64,000 nucleotides of DNA from Craspedostauros australis (taxonomy: Eukaryota): contig JALAGF010001634.1 in NCBI GenBank assembly GCA_030167865.1, positions 1-64,000 of the forward strand, in the 5' to 3' direction. Positions 59,855 to 64,000 of this stretch are shown in pieces; the first letter of the stretch is position 1; every line of letters starts with the position of its first letter. The notes beneath the pieces are model-generated. The model was not told where the DNA came from. It was given only the letters and a program-made list of their open reading frames with translations, and did not search any database. A program made the translations under genes and the position numbers.

Positions 59855-62800
59855 ATGTCTTTGGAAGCTAAATTGGCAGCCCTCACTCTCGACGACGCCG
59901 CCTCTGTCGTCGACACCGTCAAGTCCGAGGGAGTTGAGAAGTCCGGTCTCGCCGCCAACATCGGCACCCTGGCCGCCCGATGCGGAAGCAAGACTGATGC
60001 TGAGGCCCTCGCAGGTCTCAAGACAGCCAAGGCACTCGCTGAGGGGTGCCCAGCGGCCCAACAATTCACCAAGGAATGCTTGGGAGCATGTAAGTTTCTT
60101 CGCGGTCGTGTTCAGCACAATGCATGCGCGAGCATCGATCGTTGCTGCATTCGATGGGGGAGCATCATTGATGGGATTCGATTCTGGACAAAGCGCGCTC
60201 GATGTTGACACCAAAAGTTGGAATGAGAAATGATGACCTATTGAATTGACCACCAACTCACCTCCCAAACGCATATTTTTCTTGATTTGGTTACTTGTGA
60301 TGATGCGCGACTGTGAACCTTAACTTGTGCGAATCGCAGGCATGGAGCAGGCCAACCACAAGAGCAAGGATGTCAAGACCGCCGCCAAGGAGACCGCCTT
60401 CGCCATCTGCGACAACATCACGCCATTCGGTATGAAGGCGCTGCTCCCTGCCCTCTTCGCCGCCCTCCCAGTCGAGAAGAAGTGGCCAATCCGCGAACTC
60501 TCCCTGCAATGCATTGCCCGATTCAGCACAAGTGCTCCAAAGCAGCTCGGAGATGCCCTTCCTTTGATCGTTCCAGAGGTTACCGCATGCATGTGGGACA
60601 CCAAGAAGCAGGTCAAGGTCGCCGCCACCGCTGCCATGAAGAACGCCTTGGCCGTTGTCGGTAACAAGGATATCGAGCACATGACCAAGCAGATCCTCAC
60701 CGCCATCACCAAGCCAAAGGAGGTGCCGGAGATCATGCACAAGATGGCCGGAGTCACCTTCGTGCAGTCCGTCGAGTCCCCAGCCCTCGCCATGGTCGTG
60801 CCGCTCCTCCTCCGCGGACTCCGCGAGAAGACAACCGCCACCAAGCGCCAGTCCTCCGTCATTATTGACAACATGAGCAAGCTCGTTGACAACCCGCTCG
60901 ATGCCGCTCCTTTCCTCCCGCTCCTGTTGCCAGCCCTCGAGACCAACGCCAGCTCCATCGCCGATCCCGAGGCCCGTGCCGTCACCGAGCGTGCCGTGTC
61001 CCAGCTGAACCGCCTCAAGGGCCTCGCCGACAAGCAGGCCTCCGTCCGTGGAGATGTCTCCAAGCTCGAGGATCTCTTCCTCAAGAGTTTCAAGTCCGAG
61101 GGTGCCGATGGCGGCAAGCTTGAGACCATCAAGTTCGCCTGCACCGTCGCCACGTGCATGATGGACTTGCACTTCATGGAGGACATCCAGTGGACAAACA
61201 ACATCGTTCCGATTGTCGAGTCCTACTTCTCCAAGGCCGACGCTGAGAAGTACATCGAGGAGGTCCGTGTCGAGGCCGAAAAGATGCTCGAGATCCCAGA
61301 CGAGGATGATGATGACGATGATGCCGAGGAGTTGTGCAACTGCCTGTTCACCCTCGCCTACGGTACCAAGATCCTTCTCCACAACACCAAGATGAAGCTG
61401 CTCCGTGGACGTAACTACGGTCTTTTGGGAGCCAACGATTGCGGTAAGACCACCCTCATGAGATCCATCGCCAACAACCAGGTCGAGGGTTTCCCAGATG
61501 TCACCCAGGTCCGCACCGTCTTCGTCGAGGCCGATATCCAGGGAGAGCAGTCTCACTTGTCCTGCGTCGATTACGTCGCCGCCGACGAAAAGATCAAGGC
61601 CATGGGAATCGAAGTCGCTCAGATCCGCGAGGTGCTCTCCACCGTCGGATTTACTCCAGATGGCAAGGCCAAGCCAGATCACGCCGTGTCCACCCTCTCC
61701 GGAGGATGGCGCATGAAGCTTGCGCTGGCCCGTGCCATGCTTCAGAAGGCCGATATCCTTCTCCTGGATGAGCCTACCAATCACTTGGATGTGATCAACG
61801 TCGCGTGGGTGAAGACCTACCTCAACTCCCTCGATGGCGTCACCTCGATCATCGTGAGTCACGACTCCGGTCTCCTCAACGATTGCTGTACCAACATCCT
61901 TGCCTTCGACAACCTGAAGCTCCGCACCTACAAGGGTAACTTGGATGAGTACGTCAAGACCAATCCAGCCGCCCGTGCCTACTTCACCCTCAAGGGATCC
62001 AAGCTCAAGTTCAGGTTCCCCAACCCAGGCCCGATTGAGGGAGTCCGTTCCAAGGGTAAGGCCCTCATGAAGATGCAGAAGTGCACCTTCACCTACCCAG
62101 GAAACGACAGCCCAACCCTCTTCAACATCAGCGTCCAGGTCTCCCTCTCCTCTCGTGTTGCTTGCATCGGCGAGAACGGTGCCGGAAAGTCCACCATGAT
62201 CAAGCTCCTCGTCGGAGAGATCATGCCACAGATCGGAGATGTGTGGAAGCACCCCAACGCCCGTATCGCTTACGTCGCCCAGCACGCTTTCCATCACATC
62301 GAGAGCCACTTGGACAAGACACCAAACGAGTACATCCGATGGCGCTTCGCCAACGGCGGTGAGGACAAGGAATCCTTGGTCAAGGTTTCCATGCAGTTCA
62401 CTGACGAGGAGCTCAAGCTCCAGAAGACTCCATTCGAGCTTCAGATCATCGACGAGGCCTCCGGCAAGATCCAGAAGATCAAGAAGGTCGTCTCTGAGCT
62501 TGTCGGGGGACGTAAGCAAAACAAAAGCAAGGACTACGAATACGAAGTCAAGTACTCCGGATCATCCGTGGACTCCGGCGAGTACCTTGGAGCCAAGACC
62601 CTCAAGAAGATGGGATGGGAGAAGGCCATGAAGGCCGTCGATCTCAAGCTCGCCCAGCTTGCTGGTGTCTACGTGCGCCCGCTCTCCACCAAGAACGTCG
62701 AAGAGCATTTGGAGGGATGCGGACTCGCCCGTGAGTTCGGAACCCACTACCGTATGTCCGCCCTCTCTGGAGGACAGAAGGTGAAGGTCGTCATTGCCGC

Positions 62801-63224
62801 TGCCATGTGGATGCAGCCTCACATCGTCATCCTGGACGAGCCAACCAACTACCTCGACCGCGAGTCTCTCGGTGGCCTTGCCAGCGCCATCGAGTCGTTC
62901 GAGGGAGGTATCATCATCATTTCCCACAACAACGAGTTCGTCTCGCAGCTGTGCCCGGAGACATGGGTCATGGACGCCGGACATCTGGAGACCAAGGGAG
63001 ATGCCGACTGGATGTTGAAGCAGGACACCAAGATCAACGACCAGCAGCAGCTCAAGGAGATGACTGATGCCGCCGGTAACAAGGTCGAGATCAAGCAAGA
63101 AAAGAAGAAGCTCTCCAAGAAGGAGGAGAAGCAGCTCCTCAAGAAGGTCAAGGCCAAGATCAAGTCCGGCGAAGAGCTCGACTCCGACGAGGAGGAGTTC
63201 GCCTTCGAAAAGGACCTCCTGTAA
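59855..63224 (+). CDS. EF3: Translation elongation factor 3 (eEF3; HEAT + 4HB + ABC1 + ABC2 with chromodomain-like insert), 2 exons (59855-60089, 60340-63224), about 1039 aa
   Basis: HEAT region (WDTKKQVK, LLRGL, IIDNMSKLV), LAYGTKILLHNT, GANDCGKT, LSGGWRMKLALARA, LLDEPTNHLD, GENGAGKS, YVAQHAFHHI, an insert, LSGGQKVK, ILDEPTNYLD and a K/E-rich tail. GT-AG intron at 60090-60339. Strong codon bias. Confidence 0.96.
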
Positions 63225-63830
63225 GCTCCACCCTTGGTGAGCAGCAGAAAAAAGAAATGCGCCAGCAAGAAGCAAGCGAGGGCAGATACGTATGTACGAG
63301 TACACGCGCCGGGAAAATACACCACATCACCTTAACACAACAAGTACGAGTAGAACCCCAACAAGTTGTGAAGCCGCCGAAACACCCTGGCAATCCACCA
63401 GTGGAGTTTATTCTGATTGCCTTCTTCTCATCCTTGGATATGAATAGCAACGCGTGGCACCTAATTTCGTTCTGTACGGATACGAGCGCGGCGTGATACG
63501 TACGTCACTTGTTTCAAGTGGCCTTCTTCACGCGCAAGAAACACCTAATTGCGTGAACTGCAACTGCGGAGCTTGTGGAGGAAGGGGAACATCGATTGCA
63601 ACTGCGTATTTTCATCTGCAAAAATGCGGAGGAATTGTGTCGTCCTCTTGCTTTGGTGTTCGTTTGAGTGGGGTGAAGCAGAACAGAATGCTAATACTCG
63701 GAGAGTGTCATATTACTATGATATACTCAAGTTCTCTATCAGTACTCGTACACTCCACCGATACGCACGTTCTTCTCTCCATCGTGACACTCGTGTTCGT
63801 TGTATTGGTTGAGCTGATGCGCCAATGCTC

Positions 63831-64000
63831 TCAAATGAACTTACGCAGCTTGTTGATGACTCGTGCAATCTCTGGGTCGCTTTGGTACTTGGCGAATGCG
63901 GCCGGGTTCGACATGCATTCGGTCATGGCCTGCATGATCTTTGGGTTCGACTGTGCCTCCCGCATTATCTCCATGACCTCAGGGTTCTTCATGAGCTCTT
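63831..64000 (-). CDS. 3' end of an STI1/DP-domain co-chaperone-like protein (partial; runs off the window)
   Basis: The reverse strand reads ELMKNPEVMEIMREAQSNPKIMQAMTECMSNPAAFAKYQSDPEIARVINKLRKFI*, with NP/DP-helix repeats typical of HIP/HOP STI1 domains. Not in the ORF track. A GTAAGT near the end could be a further intron donor. Confidence 0.75.
   Translation of the reverse strand, partial: ELMKNPEVMEIMREAQSNPKIMQAMTECMSNPAAFAKYQSDPEIARVINKLRKFI

Noticed and set aside
60090..60339. C-box-like ATGATGA in the eEF3 intron
   Set aside because: No downstream CTGA D box or terminal stem within the intron.
60291..62519. 742-aa antisense ORF over eEF3
   Set aside because: Shadow ORF caused by the strong codon bias of the sense gene; it has no motifs.
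1..64000. CRISPR arrays, rRNA/tRNA genes or prokaryotic operon/defence systems
   Set aside because: None seen. The repeats are microsatellites or coding repeats, and the gene structure is eukaryotic.

Overview
This is eukaryotic nuclear DNA, most likely from a diatom (inferred from a signal peptide followed by an ASAFAP-like motif, RXL/KxxK motifs in a secreted protein, sparse GT-AG introns and an eEF3 gene). No rRNA, tRNA, CRISPR array or clearly recognisable mobile element was seen. About 18 protein-coding genes are supported: a NYN-domain ribonuclease with LOTUS-like domains, an APD-like membrane protein lacking a RING domain, a 1186-aa protein with nested Trp/Pro repeats, a secreted protein with 13 Cys repeats, a TALE homeobox factor, a cysteine synthase-like enzyme, a claudin-like tetraspan, a CCCH zinc-finger/RING/Rcat E3 fusion, an F-box protein, a predicted plastid-targeted protein, an intronless ~18-kb midasin, an RlmN-like radical SAM methyltransferase with a C-terminal hydrophobic tail, eEF3, the 3' end of an STI1-domain gene, and four hypothetical genes. 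Six introns were reconstructed by hand, and all give in-frame joins. The most interesting leads are the putatively tail-anchored RlmN, the RNA-binding RBR-like ligase lacking an IBR, the nested repeat protein, the secreted Cys-solenoid candidate and the MARF1-like nuclease. All family calls come from motif recognition by eye; no database search was run.
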